In this document: one piece after another, positions 9,735-20,021 of the stretch
Numbering within the stretch: position 1 is the stretch's first letter
Layout of the letters: the number at the start of each line of letters is the position of its first letter
Virus record (IMG/VR): IMGVR_UViG_3300023174_003073
Coordinates: 106,987 to 170,986 of that record
Source: a virus
Strand: one strand, 5' to 3'
Length of the DNA: 64,000 bases
Position numbers and translations under genes: made by a program
Notes under the pieces: generated by a model
Databases searched by the model: none
What the model was told of the DNA's origin: nothing
Seen by the model: only the letters and a program-made list of their open reading frames with translations

Positions 9735-10241
9735 TTATTTTAAGAACTCGTCAATAGACAAGTCATAATGCAAACTATTTATACGGTGTATACCCAGCAA
9801 AAACAGAACATAGCTGGATACACTACTACCACGACCTACTCCCCAAACTACTTTGTTTGCTCTCATAGTGTCAACTAGGTATTTACAATAACGCAATAAT
9901 TGGAACAAATCTCGTTGCTGATATAATATCAATTCTTGCCCAACTCTTTGCAATTCTGCATTAGTTTGACAAAGGTCTAGTACATATTTGGCTATATCTA
10001 ATTGATTGTATTCTTCTGGTATAAACCAATTACGTTGTAGTTGTTTGTCAAACTCTTCCTTCGACAGAGTTTGTTGTTTGTATTTTTTGAATGTGGGTAT
10101 ATTTTCTATCTCTAAATCTTTATCAAAATAGATATCATCAGAGACTAATGCATTTTTGATTTTTATGTTTGGGTCAGATAAAAAGGCACTACATAAGTCC
10201 ATTTCATCTAATATTTGTTGACCGTATATATCAATTTGCAT
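9735..10241 (-). CDS. dnaE: DNA polymerase III alpha-like N-terminal palm fragment (split DnaE part 1)
   Basis: R...EL...LV...R...VVWGVGRGSSVSSYVLFLLGIHRI....YDL...EFLK matches DnaE GPGRGS..GS...Y.LGIT..DP...LLFERFL; no PHP domain. Confidence 0.85.
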   Translation of the reverse strand: MQIDIYGQQILDEMDLCSAFLSDPNIKIKNALVSDDIYFDKDLEIENIPTFKKYKQQTLSKEEFDKQLQRNWFIPEEYNQLDIAKYVLDLCQTNAELQRVGQELILYQQRDLFQLLRYCKYLVDTMRANKVVWGVGRGSSVSSYVLFLLGIHRINSLHYDLSIDEFLK

Positions 10242-10246
10242 ACGCT

Positions 10247-10275
10247 ATGATAACATAGTTTCTGCAAGAATACAA
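10247..10275 (-). promoter_or_regulatory. sigma70-type promoter TTGTAT-17-TATCAT (extended -10)
   Basis: 5 nt upstream of the ATG of dnaE part 1. Confidence 0.45.
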
Positions 10276-10290
10276 TAGCTATTTGCCCGT

Positions 10291-10521
10291 TTAGGTTTTG
10301 TCGATTTGGATATTGTTTTGGATGTTTTGTTTCTTGTACAATTCATCCATTCTTTTGGCATATTCTTTGTTATAGCCCTCAAGCACCATACTGATTTGGT
10401 TAACTAAAAATTCTTTACCACTACGATGTGCAAAGGTTAGTTTACCGGTAAGGTCTTGTATAGATGCTTGTAATTCATCTATGGTCTTTTTTGATATATC
10501 AGGCATGAAAGGATGTTCCAT
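10291..10521 (-). CDS. hypothetical protein
   Basis: 76-aa helical ORF. Confidence 0.6.
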   Translation of the reverse strand: MEHPFMPDISKKTIDELQASIQDLTGKLTFAHRSGKEFLVNQISMVLEGYNKEYAKRMDELYKKQNIQNNIQIDKT

Positions 10522-10523
10522 AA

Positions 10524-11336
10524 TTATACTCCGCCGTAAATTCCGTCACCAATCTTGCCCCAAATTGGTGTAGTACCATCATATGTACCAACACATATAT
10601 AAACAAAACTACCATCTGTACAAATTGCACCGGGTGCATCTCCTGGTGATCCCAATTCACCAGGATAACGTAATCCAATATAACTTGAAAGTCTACTTCT
10701 ATTCAATGGGAATATAGTTAATGTTGTTCCACAATTTACAGTAGTGATTTTAAACTGTAATTCTTTAACACCTGCAGCCGCAGTAATTTCATTTGTAAAA
10801 CTTGCATTTACTCCAGGACCACCCGGGCTATAATAGTTTTCTAATAAAGACACTGTTGTATCCATACCACCTACTAATATTGCACTTGAATTATATTGAC
10901 TTGATGGGAAATATATTTTATAACCCTCACTGTAATCAATATTCAAATTCAATTGTACGCTAGATTGTGTTCCAGTAGGTGCCCAACCTGCAAAACTGAT
11001 TGTAGTGTCTCCGGTAATAGTACCATATTGAACGTCACCTTTACTTACATCAACAACTAACGTATCATTTATTTCTGCACCTAAATTGTAAGTTGCTGTT
11101 CTAAAACTTCTAACGCTAGCATTACTAATTAATGCTCCTGCTAAATTATTATCTAAAGATGTTCCGGATAAAGGTGACTTTAAAAGTACTTTATTTTGTA
11201 AGTCAGTTAACTCTGTCTTGGTAGTATCCAAATTGTTTTTGATACTGGCAAAGTTGTCTCTGAATCCTTGGCTATTATTATTGACCCCGGGAACAGGATA
11301 ATTTACATCAATTGCGCTTGTATTTAATGAACTCAT
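10524..11336 (-). CDS. virion structural protein (tail/baseplate)
   Basis: FRDNF..IK N-terminal motif; C-terminal G.PGD..G....D....Y.C...Y.....IW module also in 40741..41601; TATAAATA at 11355-11362. Confidence 0.6.
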   Translation of the reverse strand: MSSLNTSAIDVNYPVPGVNNNSQGFRDNFASIKNNLDTTKTELTDLQNKVLLKSPLSGTSLDNNLAGALISNASVRSFRTATYNLGAEINDTLVVDVSKGDVQYGTITGDTTISFAGWAPTGTQSSVQLNLNIDYSEGYKIYFPSSQYNSSAILVGGMDTTVSLLENYYSPGGPGVNASFTNEITAAAGVKELQFKITTVNCGTTLTIFPLNRSRLSSYIGLRYPGELGSPGDAPGAICTDGSFVYICVGTYDGTTPIWGKIGDGIYGGV

Positions 11337-11365
11337 AGTTTGTATTCCATATTGTATTTATAGTG

Positions 11366-13519
11366 TTAAGCATTGGGTAAAATTGTTTTTCTAGGGAATA
11401 AAACGACAACATCATATTTATCCAAAGGATCCGGAACTGGAGTAGCACTAGGTAAATCAGTCCAAGCAGGAACTGATAGTTTAGTATTCCAATTATAAGT
11501 TGCACTCTTGTCTACCATTAACCTATCTATAGTAAAATCAATTTCATTTAGTTTATGTGACCAATTATTATTAATTAGGTCTTTAATAACTGTTGCTTTA
11601 CCTGGCTTAGTATAACATATCACCCATGCTTGAACAAAACCTAATGTTTCACTATTTGTTTGCTGTGTTACCATCCACTTAGGTAACAATCTACTATCAA
11701 AATTTTGTGTCATAGCTGTAGTAATACTGGATCTCATATTCTGCAATCCTGCAGGATATAATATACGAACTGATCCTGGACTTTGACTGGTTTTAATTGA
11801 TCCACTACTAATTGAATACTGTGTTGTGTTAGTAACAAACGACCCTTGACGTAGACTGATATTCTTATACCAGTGTAAATCATCTGCTAATTTATTACCA
11901 TCAATACTTTCTAAGTCATCTATAATTTTACTATATACAACTTCATATAGAATATTGCCATTATCGTCGGTTGCTACAGCAGTGTCAATTGGACCCAATA
12001 CAATTTTTCGTCTATAATGATTTTTTTGTATAGCATCAATGTATTTCTCTAGTGTGCTTGATTCCATGCCATAAACATGAACAAAACTAACATCTTTTGC
12101 TTTTCCAAAATACATATCATCTGCTCTGAATAGGTATTCATCTGGAATTAATGTCTTGTCCGTAAGTAGAGATTGAATTGTTCGCTTTCCTTTTAAATCA
12201 GGAAGTGCTTTTAGATATATATTTTCAAGTGGGTTAGGGTAATATTGATTTACGTTAATCGTAAATGTTTTAAAACTATGAAGTAAAGGGTATTCAGGGG
12301 AAAAACTTTCAACAGTAAAAGTAAAAAGTGTATCAGCACCCTCAGGTAATGCTCTTAGTGTTCCGGGTTGTTCTGCTACTCGACCTGTTATTTCACCGTT
12401 ACTTTGTAAAATTAAATTATTCGGTAGTGAGCCTGATGTTATTCTATAATTAAGTATATGTGCTGATGTTGCTTTAACCTGTAACATACTAATTGTACCA
12501 TTCAATATGGTTCCTAAACTAGTATCAGTATCCCAAACAATATCTTCGTCTATTTCATTTTTAATAGTAAAAACAAATGTTTCTTTTTTAGAAACTAATG
12601 CAGGCTTTATTTTTTTAGCAACAGTAACAGAAATAGTATAACTAAAAACACCCTTTCTTTCCAATATTGGTTTTCCAGTAATCCACCCAGTTGTTTTATT
12701 CCCTACTAAACCTTTAGGCAAATCACCATACTGATATATGAAATCATTATTATCAAAATCTTCACCTAGGATTTTAAATGAAAAATATTCATTGGCTTTA
12801 ATTGTAGGAAGTGTTCTGTTATTTAAAACATAATAATCATAGTAAGGATCGTCAGGAAGAATAGGTTCAGACTTTGGTTTTCTATTTAAAATTACAGGGA
12901 TTCTTGTGTTTTGTAATCCACCTAATTCTTTGTTACGTACTTCAATTGAATACACAACAGTATCATTTCCTAATTCACTGGTTAATTGAACTGAGAATGT
13001 ATATGTTTTTGTTGTAGGACTTCTGTCACCTAACACTGGTTTATCAGGATATCCCTTAATAAGACCGGTAGAATTTATATACAATCCCGGAGGTAAACTA
13101 CCAGATGAAATTGATGTGGTTACAACATTATCTGCGGAAGGATTAGAATATTTCAATTGATAAGAAACATACACACTATCAATTACATGTAGTATAGTTC
13201 CCGGTAATGTAGTTAGTTTAGGTTTATTTTCTGCACCTGAAATACTTATATTAAAGGATCTGTCTCGGATATTATTTAAATCGTCTGTTGCACGTATAGT
13301 GAAATTATATTCCTGAACAGTTGATGTATTTACTGGCGTACCAGAAATTGTTCCAAATCGACTTAAAGTGGTACCTACAGGTATCATACCACTTAGTAAT
13401 TTATATTGGACTAATGTTGCAGGAAACACCGCACCTGCACTTAACTGAACTACAAGAGGTAATCCTGTTGGGAAGGTACCTAAGTAACCTGAATTTGTAA
13501 TCCAATTTGGTTGTGACAT
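11366..13519 (-). CDS. baseplate/tail protein with putative Ig-like repeats
   Basis: Repeated (S)G.LP.GL....G.I.G.P......FT(V/I) units. Confidence 0.65.
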   Translation of the reverse strand: MSQPNWITNSGYLGTFPTGLPLVVQLSAGAVFPATLVQYKLLSGMIPVGTTLSRFGTISGTPVNTSTVQEYNFTIRATDDLNNIRDRSFNISISGAENKPKLTTLPGTILHVIDSVYVSYQLKYSNPSADNVVTTSISSGSLPPGLYINSTGLIKGYPDKPVLGDRSPTTKTYTFSVQLTSELGNDTVVYSIEVRNKELGGLQNTRIPVILNRKPKSEPILPDDPYYDYYVLNNRTLPTIKANEYFSFKILGEDFDNNDFIYQYGDLPKGLVGNKTTGWITGKPILERKGVFSYTISVTVAKKIKPALVSKKETFVFTIKNEIDEDIVWDTDTSLGTILNGTISMLQVKATSAHILNYRITSGSLPNNLILQSNGEITGRVAEQPGTLRALPEGADTLFTFTVESFSPEYPLLHSFKTFTINVNQYYPNPLENIYLKALPDLKGKRTIQSLLTDKTLIPDEYLFRADDMYFGKAKDVSFVHVYGMESSTLEKYIDAIQKNHYRRKIVLGPIDTAVATDDNGNILYEVVYSKIIDDLESIDGNKLADDLHWYKNISLRQGSFVTNTTQYSISSGSIKTSQSPGSVRILYPAGLQNMRSSITTAMTQNFDSRLLPKWMVTQQTNSETLGFVQAWVICYTKPGKATVIKDLINNNWSHKLNEIDFTIDRLMVDKSATYNWNTKLSVPAWTDLPSATPVPDPLDKYDVVVLFPRKTILPNA

Positions 13520-13520
13520 A

Positions 13521-14144
13521 TTAATGTCCTTGCAATAAATCTAACGCAAGATGATAATGATGCTGTCTATCTTCCAATCCAATAGTTCCGCCGTTAATGC
13601 GTTTTGTTAGTGTAACAAAATCATCATTGTCACAGTATTGATTTAAATTGTTATTGTCCCAGAACCAACCAGCAGAACTGACTGCACCTTCGGGTGTTTC
13701 TAAGTAAGCAACTGTTTCTTCAACACTAATACCTAAATCGGCTGCAAACTTAGTATAGTTGGCGCGACCGGTCAATTGAATTAAACCACGACCACAGAAA
13801 CGATATCCGTCTCCACTTGCCTCGTCACCGTTACTCATGCGATTTGCATAAACACGATTAGCAATCTTTTCAGGCTTACGTTCATATTGTCTTGCTAAGT
13901 CATCAGTGGGGAAATACTTTTTAAAAGTACCCATCAATCCTTTAGCACTATAGTTTAGATTCTCTTTAACAAAATTAAAACCACCTGATTCATGTGCAGT
14001 CTGTGCAACGAATGCTGCCGCTCTACGCATGTTATCATACATGTCATAGTATTCTGCAACTTCATGCAAAGGTTGTGCATATACTTGTAGTACTGTTGCT
14101 TTTGTCTTTGGGCATAATGCCTTTAATAATTCTAATGTTATCAT
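13521..14144 (-). CDS. GH19 chitinase/lysozyme-type endolysin
   Basis: AQTAHESGGF, ENLNYS, GRGLIQLTGRANY, TKRINGG..GL.DR; start trimmed to MITLELL. Confidence 0.9.
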   Translation of the reverse strand: MITLELLKALCPKTKATVLQVYAQPLHEVAEYYDMYDNMRRAAAFVAQTAHESGGFNFVKENLNYSAKGLMGTFKKYFPTDDLARQYERKPEKIANRVYANRMSNGDEASGDGYRFCGRGLIQLTGRANYTKFAADLGISVEETVAYLETPEGAVSSAGWFWDNNNLNQYCDNDDFVTLTKRINGGTIGLEDRQHHYHLALDLLQGH

Positions 14145-14155
14145 AATTTTTCCTT

Positions 14156-17100
14156 TTAAGCGTAAACTGCTGTTAGAGCATACCATTTAGTTAAACTACC
14201 TGCAACTAAATGTATTCTTGCTCCTGGTCCTAATGGATAAGAAGCAATGCCTTCGACTGTTACTCCTGTACCTTGTGGCAGAATATTAATAGTCTGTGCT
14301 GAGTCATTAAACACATACAATTGTCTACCAATAGAAACTGTAGGTGTTAATACATTATACGGGGTTGCACCTACCGCTGTAATAATGTTAATTGTTTTAT
14401 TCATAACCGGATTGTTAGAGGCTGCAGTTAGACCCTGATTTGAACTGAAGTTAACATGACTATCTGCGGCGTCAGTAACAACTAAACCACCTAATGTTGC
14501 TAAACCAGTACTAATACCATTCGTAACTGTTAGGCTGTTTAGTGTACCTACACCAGTAATGTTAGTATATGACCCTGGGGCAATACCATAAGTTAATGAT
14601 GAACTTGATACATTACCAATAATATTTGCACCGTTGGCTGCTGTAATAAAGAAACCATTTGCAAGTATGTTACCTGCATTTAAGTTACCTGCTAATGAAA
14701 GAGCACCGTTTGTAGTAAATGTTGCATTACTTGCACCTGCGCCAACAACTAAACTAATCAAATTACCAACTTGTGTAATTGCTGTTTGTGAACTACCAGT
14801 GACAGTTGTTGCGCTGCCTGCAGTTGATGCTGTGTTGGCTGCACTTGCTAGTGCTACGTAACCTGTAACATTTCCACCAACTAAATTAGACAAGCCACTA
14901 CCCACACCAGTAAATGCGCTGGCAATTATATTACCTGTTGCTGTTAATCCACCACCAAATGTAGCTGAACCAGTACTTATTAAGAATGGTCTAATATTCA
15001 ATGATGCAAGTGTTGTAACAATTGCTCCGGTGGGAGTTAATGTTGCAGTAAACGTAAATGTTCTTGCACCGGTTACTGTGATGACGAACCAATTTGGATT
15101 ACCACCACCAACGTTTGGTGGGTTAGTTGTCGCTGTCGTACCAGTTAATGTAATCTCAGTGCCTGTTGTTGCATTATGATTTGTAGAAGTAGTTACAGTT
15201 ATTAAATTACCAACGTTAGTAATAGAAGTGATACCAATTAATGTACTAGGTAAACTTAAATTTCCTACGTTTGCTGTTCCGGTAACTGCTAATATACCAC
15301 TAGCTACTAAGTTAGCTCCTGAGACATTTCCTGATACTGAAACTAATGTACCATTGATATCTCTAGTTGTGATGTTACCTATGCTTGCATTTCCAGTAAC
15401 TGTCAATAATCCATTGGTTACTAAGTTGCCACCTGATATATTACCAACAGCAGTCATTATACCACTAGATTTCAAAATACCTGCCTCAACATTGCCACTT
15501 AGGAACATATGTGGTGCAGAAAGATTACCAGCAAAACTAGATTGTGCAGTACCAGTGACTGTCAGTACACCACCAATGCTAGCCTCGCCAGTTGAAGTGA
15601 TAGAACCCGGTGTAGTTAAGTTACCAAATCTTGCATTACCTGTTATGTTTGCATTTGCACCATTAAAGTCACTTGCTTGGAAAGTTGTTCCTGAAATCAA
15701 TGAAGAAACAGATAAGTTTATTAGACCAGTTAAACTTCCTAAAATTTCAGCATTACCACCTACTCTTAATCGTCCGTCAAATATACCTGAACCTGCACTA
15801 GTAATTAAAGGTCTTACTGTAATCGTAATTGTTCCGCCTAATGTACCTGTTGGGGCAACTGCGGCTGTTACAGTGAATGTTGTTGGGTTACCACCTGAGT
15901 TAGGTGTAGCAGGTACAGTTGTTACTAAGAATACCCCGTTTGGTGCATTTGTACCTGTAGTTGTAACTCCGGATATTACTACTTCAGTACCAACAGTTAA
16001 ACCATGTGCTATAGTACTTGTAACAGTAATTGCAGTGCCTACATATGAAACAGATATTGTTCCTGACAATGTAGTTGCGGTTGGGAATCTTAAATTACCA
16101 ACATTAGCTTGTCCTGACACTAATAATGCACCACCAACGTTAGCATTACCAGATGCTACTACGTGTGTCATACTTGCATTACCAACGATAGCATTACCTC
16201 TAACGTTTAAAATACCTAACGTTTCTATATTACCGTGTGTACTATTACCTGATATGTTTGCAGTTGCTATGTTTGCAATACCGGTAATATTAGCATTAGC
16301 TGATTTAAGTAAACCATTTAGTGTTGTAATATCACCAGTAGATGTAATATGCATTACATCAGCAATATTACCTATGTTCGCATTTGCAGTTACTCTAAAC
16401 ACACTACCAGAGAAGTTTGCATTACCTGTTGAATCGATATGTAATGATGTTAGCGTACCGGTAATATTTGAACTTAATGCTTTAATTAAACCTGTATTAG
16501 CATATAAACTGCCCGCAGTTTCTAACATAGCAACGTTTGCTATACCAGTAACATTAGCATTTTGTGAAACTAAATAACCAGAGGTAGCAGATACGTTACC
16601 TAATGCAACAACGCTAGACGTATTGACATTACCGGCGGATACATTTCCGGCAATACTTGCAGAACCAGCACTAGATAATATAGGTCTAATTGTAATAGAA
16701 GTACTTGCCCCTACAGTAATTGGTGCTGAAGGTGCTACATTAACTATAAATTCGAATCTGTTTGCATCAACTATATTAGAAACAGTCCAAGTACCATTAG
16801 TTGTTGTACTTGCATTTGTTACAACAATTGTTGCTCCAACTACTGTCATACCGTGAGGATCTACAGTAGTAACACGAATAGTCGTACCAACATACAATAT
16901 TGATGTAATCTTAGATGTACCGGTTAGTACAACTGTTGGTAAAGTCATATGCGATACATTAGCTGTACCAGCAACAGTCAATTGTCCAGGTGTTGATAAG
17001 TTACCACCAGTCAATGTATTAGTTGCAACTAAGTTTGCAGCCTGAACATTTGCTTGAGATGTAATATTACCTGCTTGTGTTACTTCACCAAATTGTGCTT

Positions 17101-19924
17101 CTGCTGACACATTGAATAGTGATCCAGTGAATCTTGCATTACCTGAACTATTAACATGTAACAAAGTAGCAGTTCCAGTAATATTAGTATTGGCTGCTCT
17201 TAATAATCCACTGTTTGCATATAAATCACCAGAAGCAGTTAAGTGTGTAGTACTTGCATTACCAAATGTACCTGTACCAGTGACACTTAATGTTCCACCA
17301 AATACCCCCGAACCTGTACTTGTCATTAATGGTTTAATAGATAGTGTTGCGGCTCCTGAGCCAACACTACCTGTTGGTGTTGATGTTGCGGTAAATGTGA
17401 ATGATGTTGTAGAAACAATTGTTGCAACTATCCAAGTACCGTTAGGTGGATTAGTAGTTGCTGTCAATCCACTAATAGTAATCTGTGCACCTGCAACTGC
17501 CATACCATGGTCATTAGACGTAGTTACTGTTACCGTTGTACCAATATATGTTACACTTGATACTGCTACTGTAGTTATGTTAGGTAATACAACATGTGAG
17601 AAGTTAGCAGTACCGTTAACACTTAATGCATTACCATACATTGCACTTGCAGATACATTACCACCAGTAACATTACCGGCAGTAATTGCAGTAATGTTAG
17701 CATTGGCTGCATTTACCCAGCCACTTGTGGCGTTGATATTACCAGGTGTTCCTAAATTACCAAACTGTGCGTTACCTGTGATGTTTGCATTCTGTGCATT
17801 GACCCAGGCTGCTGTTGCATTAATATTACCAGTAGCAAAAATTTGTTGTGATACAGTGACATTCCCTTGTGATGTTAGTGTACCTACGTTTGCTATACCA
17901 TCAATGCTTGCATTACCTGTAGTTTTAAATGACCCTACATTAGCAAGACCTGAACTTACAAAACTACCACCGATTGTAATTGAAGTATTAGCACCGCCGT
18001 TAATATTACCTGTAGCTACAATAATACCTGTTGATAAGTTGCCTGCGCTTGCATTACCTACTACTGCTAGAATACCACCAGTAGTTATATTTGCACCATC
18101 TAGATTTCCTCTTGCAGACAAATCTAATGTTGTTAATTTTGTTGTTACGTTTACGTTAGCAGTTGTTACATTACCTGCATTGACAATAGTACCGTTGATG
18201 TTGGCGCCACCTTCTAATGCAGCCGAACCCACAACTCTGATAATACCGCTGGCAATAAGATTAGCACCACTGACGTTACCTGATACACTTACGACTGTAC
18301 CATCTAATCTTGTTGTTGTAATATTACCTACGTTTGCGTTACCCTGAACACGTAAAATTCCATTGGTTACTAGATTTGCACCAGTAACATTACCAGTAAC
18401 GTCTGCATCACCTCTACTAATTAAGGAAGCAACGTTTGCTGATGATGTAGCAAACATAATACCAGTTGACACTAAATTACCAGCAGAAAGATTTGCTGTA
18501 ATTGACATTAAACCTGTTGTTCTATTATATGTAGCACCAGTATGTGCGTTAGCAATACCACCGTCATTGAATAATAGTTGTGTAGTAGTTCCAGGAACTC
18601 CGATGTTACCTGAGATATTACCACTAACGTTTCCAGATACATTACCTGTCATAGTCCCAGATAAATTTCCACTGATGTTACCGGATACATTACCTGCAAC
18701 ATTTCCTGAGAAATCCCCTGAGATATTGCCGCTGACATTACCAGAGACATTACCAGTTAAAGTACCAAGTACATTTCCTGACATTGTGCCTACAGTCATT
18801 GTAGTTGCACTAAAGAATCCTGCATTCATTCTGGCTGCATCAACATTACCAGTCAATGAAATATTTCCACCGGTCATGTTACCTTCAACTGCTAATCCAT
18901 CTAATAAACCTACTTTTCTAATATTAGGTTGATTAGCAGATTGTACTGTACCAGTGATGAATGTTGCACTGATATTACCAATTGCGGCATTACCGTCAAC
19001 GTTTAGTGTAACTAGATTACCTAAACTAGTAATGTTAGGTTGATTGTTGCTTGTAACTTGTAATGCACGATCGGCAGTTCCAGTTAAATTACCAGTAACA
19101 TTACCCAATAAACTACCAGTAACATTACCTTGAATAGCAGGTGATATCAATGTACCGGCAACTTGTAGACTTGTTAATGTACCAACAGATGTAATATTAG
19201 GTTGAGCATTGCCACTTACTACACTTGCATTTGATGCAGGTCCAATGAATGTTCCATAATAATTTCTAGCATATACATCTTGTGTTACATTTACACTTTG
19301 ATTGATGTTTATATTTCCGTTAGTTACATTGAAATCACCAGTAAGATTTAGTGTCGTACCAGTATATACTAATCTAGATGCGGCTGCTAAGTTACCGCGA
19401 TTATTAAATAATACCTGAGTATTTGCACCGGGTGCAGAGAATGTACCTGATATAGTTCCACCAACCAAGTTACCAACAAAGTTGGCTGCTGTTACATTAC
19501 CTGTTACACCTAAAGATACTAATGTACCAACACTAGTAATGTAAGGTTGTGAGGGAGTACGTAATGTACCATAAATATTAGTAGATGTTAAATTAGCTAC
19601 TGTAATATTACCAGACAAACCAATAACAAACGGAGTTTGACCGTTAGTAATTGTTGCTGAATTTCCAGTAGCGGCTCCGATACCCACTGCTAATCCAGAT
19701 CCTGTTTGTATTGTTACACTTGGTATATTTGCAGTTATAACTACTGACCCAGTAGTTCTATTTTGTGCTAGTCCACTACCTGTGGTTAATGATACAACAC
19801 CTGTTGTAAGTGTTGTTGAATATAAATCTGTAAAGTTATTCTGTACCTTGGCAAAGGCTGCTCGTATCGGGTCGGCAGCAGGGTCATTTGGGAATGCGCC
19901 GAAATCTATAATTTGTTGTGCCAT
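14156..19924 (-). CDS. long tail fibre / receptor-binding protein (1922 aa)
   Basis: D..R.AF.K...NF N-terminus; G/N/T/A/V-rich GN-repeat shaft; four inserted HG domains; GATAAATA at 19944-19951. Confidence 0.8.
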   Translation of the reverse strand: MAQQIIDFGAFPNDPAADPIRAAFAKVQNNFTDLYSTTLTTGVVSLTTGSGLAQNRTTGSVVITANIPSVTIQTGSGLAVGIGAATGNSATITNGQTPFVIGLSGNITVANLTSTNIYGTLRTPSQPYITSVGTLVSLGVTGNVTAANFVGNLVGGTISGTFSAPGANTQVLFNNRGNLAAASRLVYTGTTLNLTGDFNVTNGNININQSVNVTQDVYARNYYGTFIGPASNASVVSGNAQPNITSVGTLTSLQVAGTLISPAIQGNVTGSLLGNVTGNLTGTADRALQVTSNNQPNITSLGNLVTLNVDGNAAIGNISATFITGTVQSANQPNIRKVGLLDGLAVEGNMTGGNISLTGNVDAARMNAGFFSATTMTVGTMSGNVLGTLTGNVSGNVSGNISGDFSGNVAGNVSGNISGNLSGTMTGNVSGNVSGNISGNIGVPGTTTQLLFNDGGIANAHTGATYNRTTGLMSITANLSAGNLVSTGIMFATSSANVASLISRGDADVTGNVTGANLVTNGILRVQGNANVGNITTTRLDGTVVSVSGNVSGANLIASGIIRVVGSAALEGGANINGTIVNAGNVTTANVNVTTKLTTLDLSARGNLDGANITTGGILAVVGNASAGNLSTGIIVATGNINGGANTSITIGGSFVSSGLANVGSFKTTGNASIDGIANVGTLTSQGNVTVSQQIFATGNINATAAWVNAQNANITGNAQFGNLGTPGNINATSGWVNAANANITAITAGNVTGGNVSASAMYGNALSVNGTANFSHVVLPNITTVAVSSVTYIGTTVTVTTSNDHGMAVAGAQITISGLTATTNPPNGTWIVATIVSTTSFTFTATSTPTGSVGSGAATLSIKPLMTSTGSGVFGGTLSVTGTGTFGNASTTHLTASGDLYANSGLLRAANTNITGTATLLHVNSSGNARFTGSLFNVSAEAQFGEVTQAGNITSQANVQAANLVATNTLTGGNLSTPGQLTVAGTANVSHMTLPTVVLTGTSKITSILYVGTTIRVTTVDPHGMTVVGATIVVTNASTTTNGTWTVSNIVDANRFEFIVNVAPSAPITVGASTSITIRPILSSAGSASIAGNVSAGNVNTSSVVALGNVSATSGYLVSQNANVTGIANVAMLETAGSLYANTGLIKALSSNITGTLTSLHIDSTGNANFSGSVFRVTANANIGNIADVMHITSTGDITTLNGLLKSANANITGIANIATANISGNSTHGNIETLGILNVRGNAIVGNASMTHVVASGNANVGGALLVSGQANVGNLRFPTATTLSGTISVSYVGTAITVTSTIAHGLTVGTEVVISGVTTTGTNAPNGVFLVTTVPATPNSGGNPTTFTVTAAVAPTGTLGGTITITVRPLITSAGSGIFDGRLRVGGNAEILGSLTGLINLSVSSLISGTTFQASDFNGANANITGNARFGNLTTPGSITSTGEASIGGVLTVTGTAQSSFAGNLSAPHMFLSGNVEAGILKSSGIMTAVGNISGGNLVTNGLLTVTGNASIGNITTRDINGTLVSVSGNVSGANLVASGILAVTGTANVGNLSLPSTLIGITSITNVGNLITVTTSTNHNATTGTEITLTGTTATTNPPNVGGGNPNWFVITVTGARTFTFTATLTPTGAIVTTLASLNIRPFLISTGSATFGGGLTATGNIIASAFTGVGSGLSNLVGGNVTGYVALASAANTASTAGSATTVTGSSQTAITQVGNLISLVVGAGASNATFTTNGALSLAGNLNAGNILANGFFITAANGANIIGNVSSSSLTYGIAPGSYTNITGVGTLNSLTVTNGISTGLATLGGLVVTDAADSHVNFSSNQGLTAASNNPVMNKTINIITAVGATPYNVLTPTVSIGRQLYVFNDSAQTINILPQGTGVTVEGIASYPLGPGARIHLVAGSLTKWYALTAVYA
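18600..18790 (-). repeat. imperfect 12-nt tandem repeat encoding G-N-[VIL]-S units
   Basis: GNVSGNVSGNISGDFSGNVAGNVSGNISGNLSGTMTGNVSGNVSGNISGNIG. Confidence 0.8.
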
Positions 19925-19975
19925 TTTATCCTACCTTATTAAGTATTTATCGTTTTTAATTAGTAAGAAGGGACC

Positions 19976-20005
19976 AAAAAAATAGCCCGGAGAACCGAGC
20001 TATTT
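19976..20005 (-). terminator. intrinsic terminator
   Basis: AAATAGCTCGG-TTCT-CCGGGCTATTT followed by a T-run on the minus strand. Confidence 0.75.
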
Positions 20006-20021
20006 AAAGTACGGATTTTTA

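Noticed and set aside
9735-10241. Split-intein trans-splicing of the DnaE halves
   Set aside because: Part 1 has no C-terminal intein-N segment and part 2 has no N-terminal segment ending HN-C/S; both end or begin directly at polymerase motifs
15228-18932. Long plus-strand ORFs (449, 411 and 189 aa) opposite the tail fibre
   Set aside because: Antisense shadows of repetitive G/N/T/A/V codons; no SD, promoter or motifs
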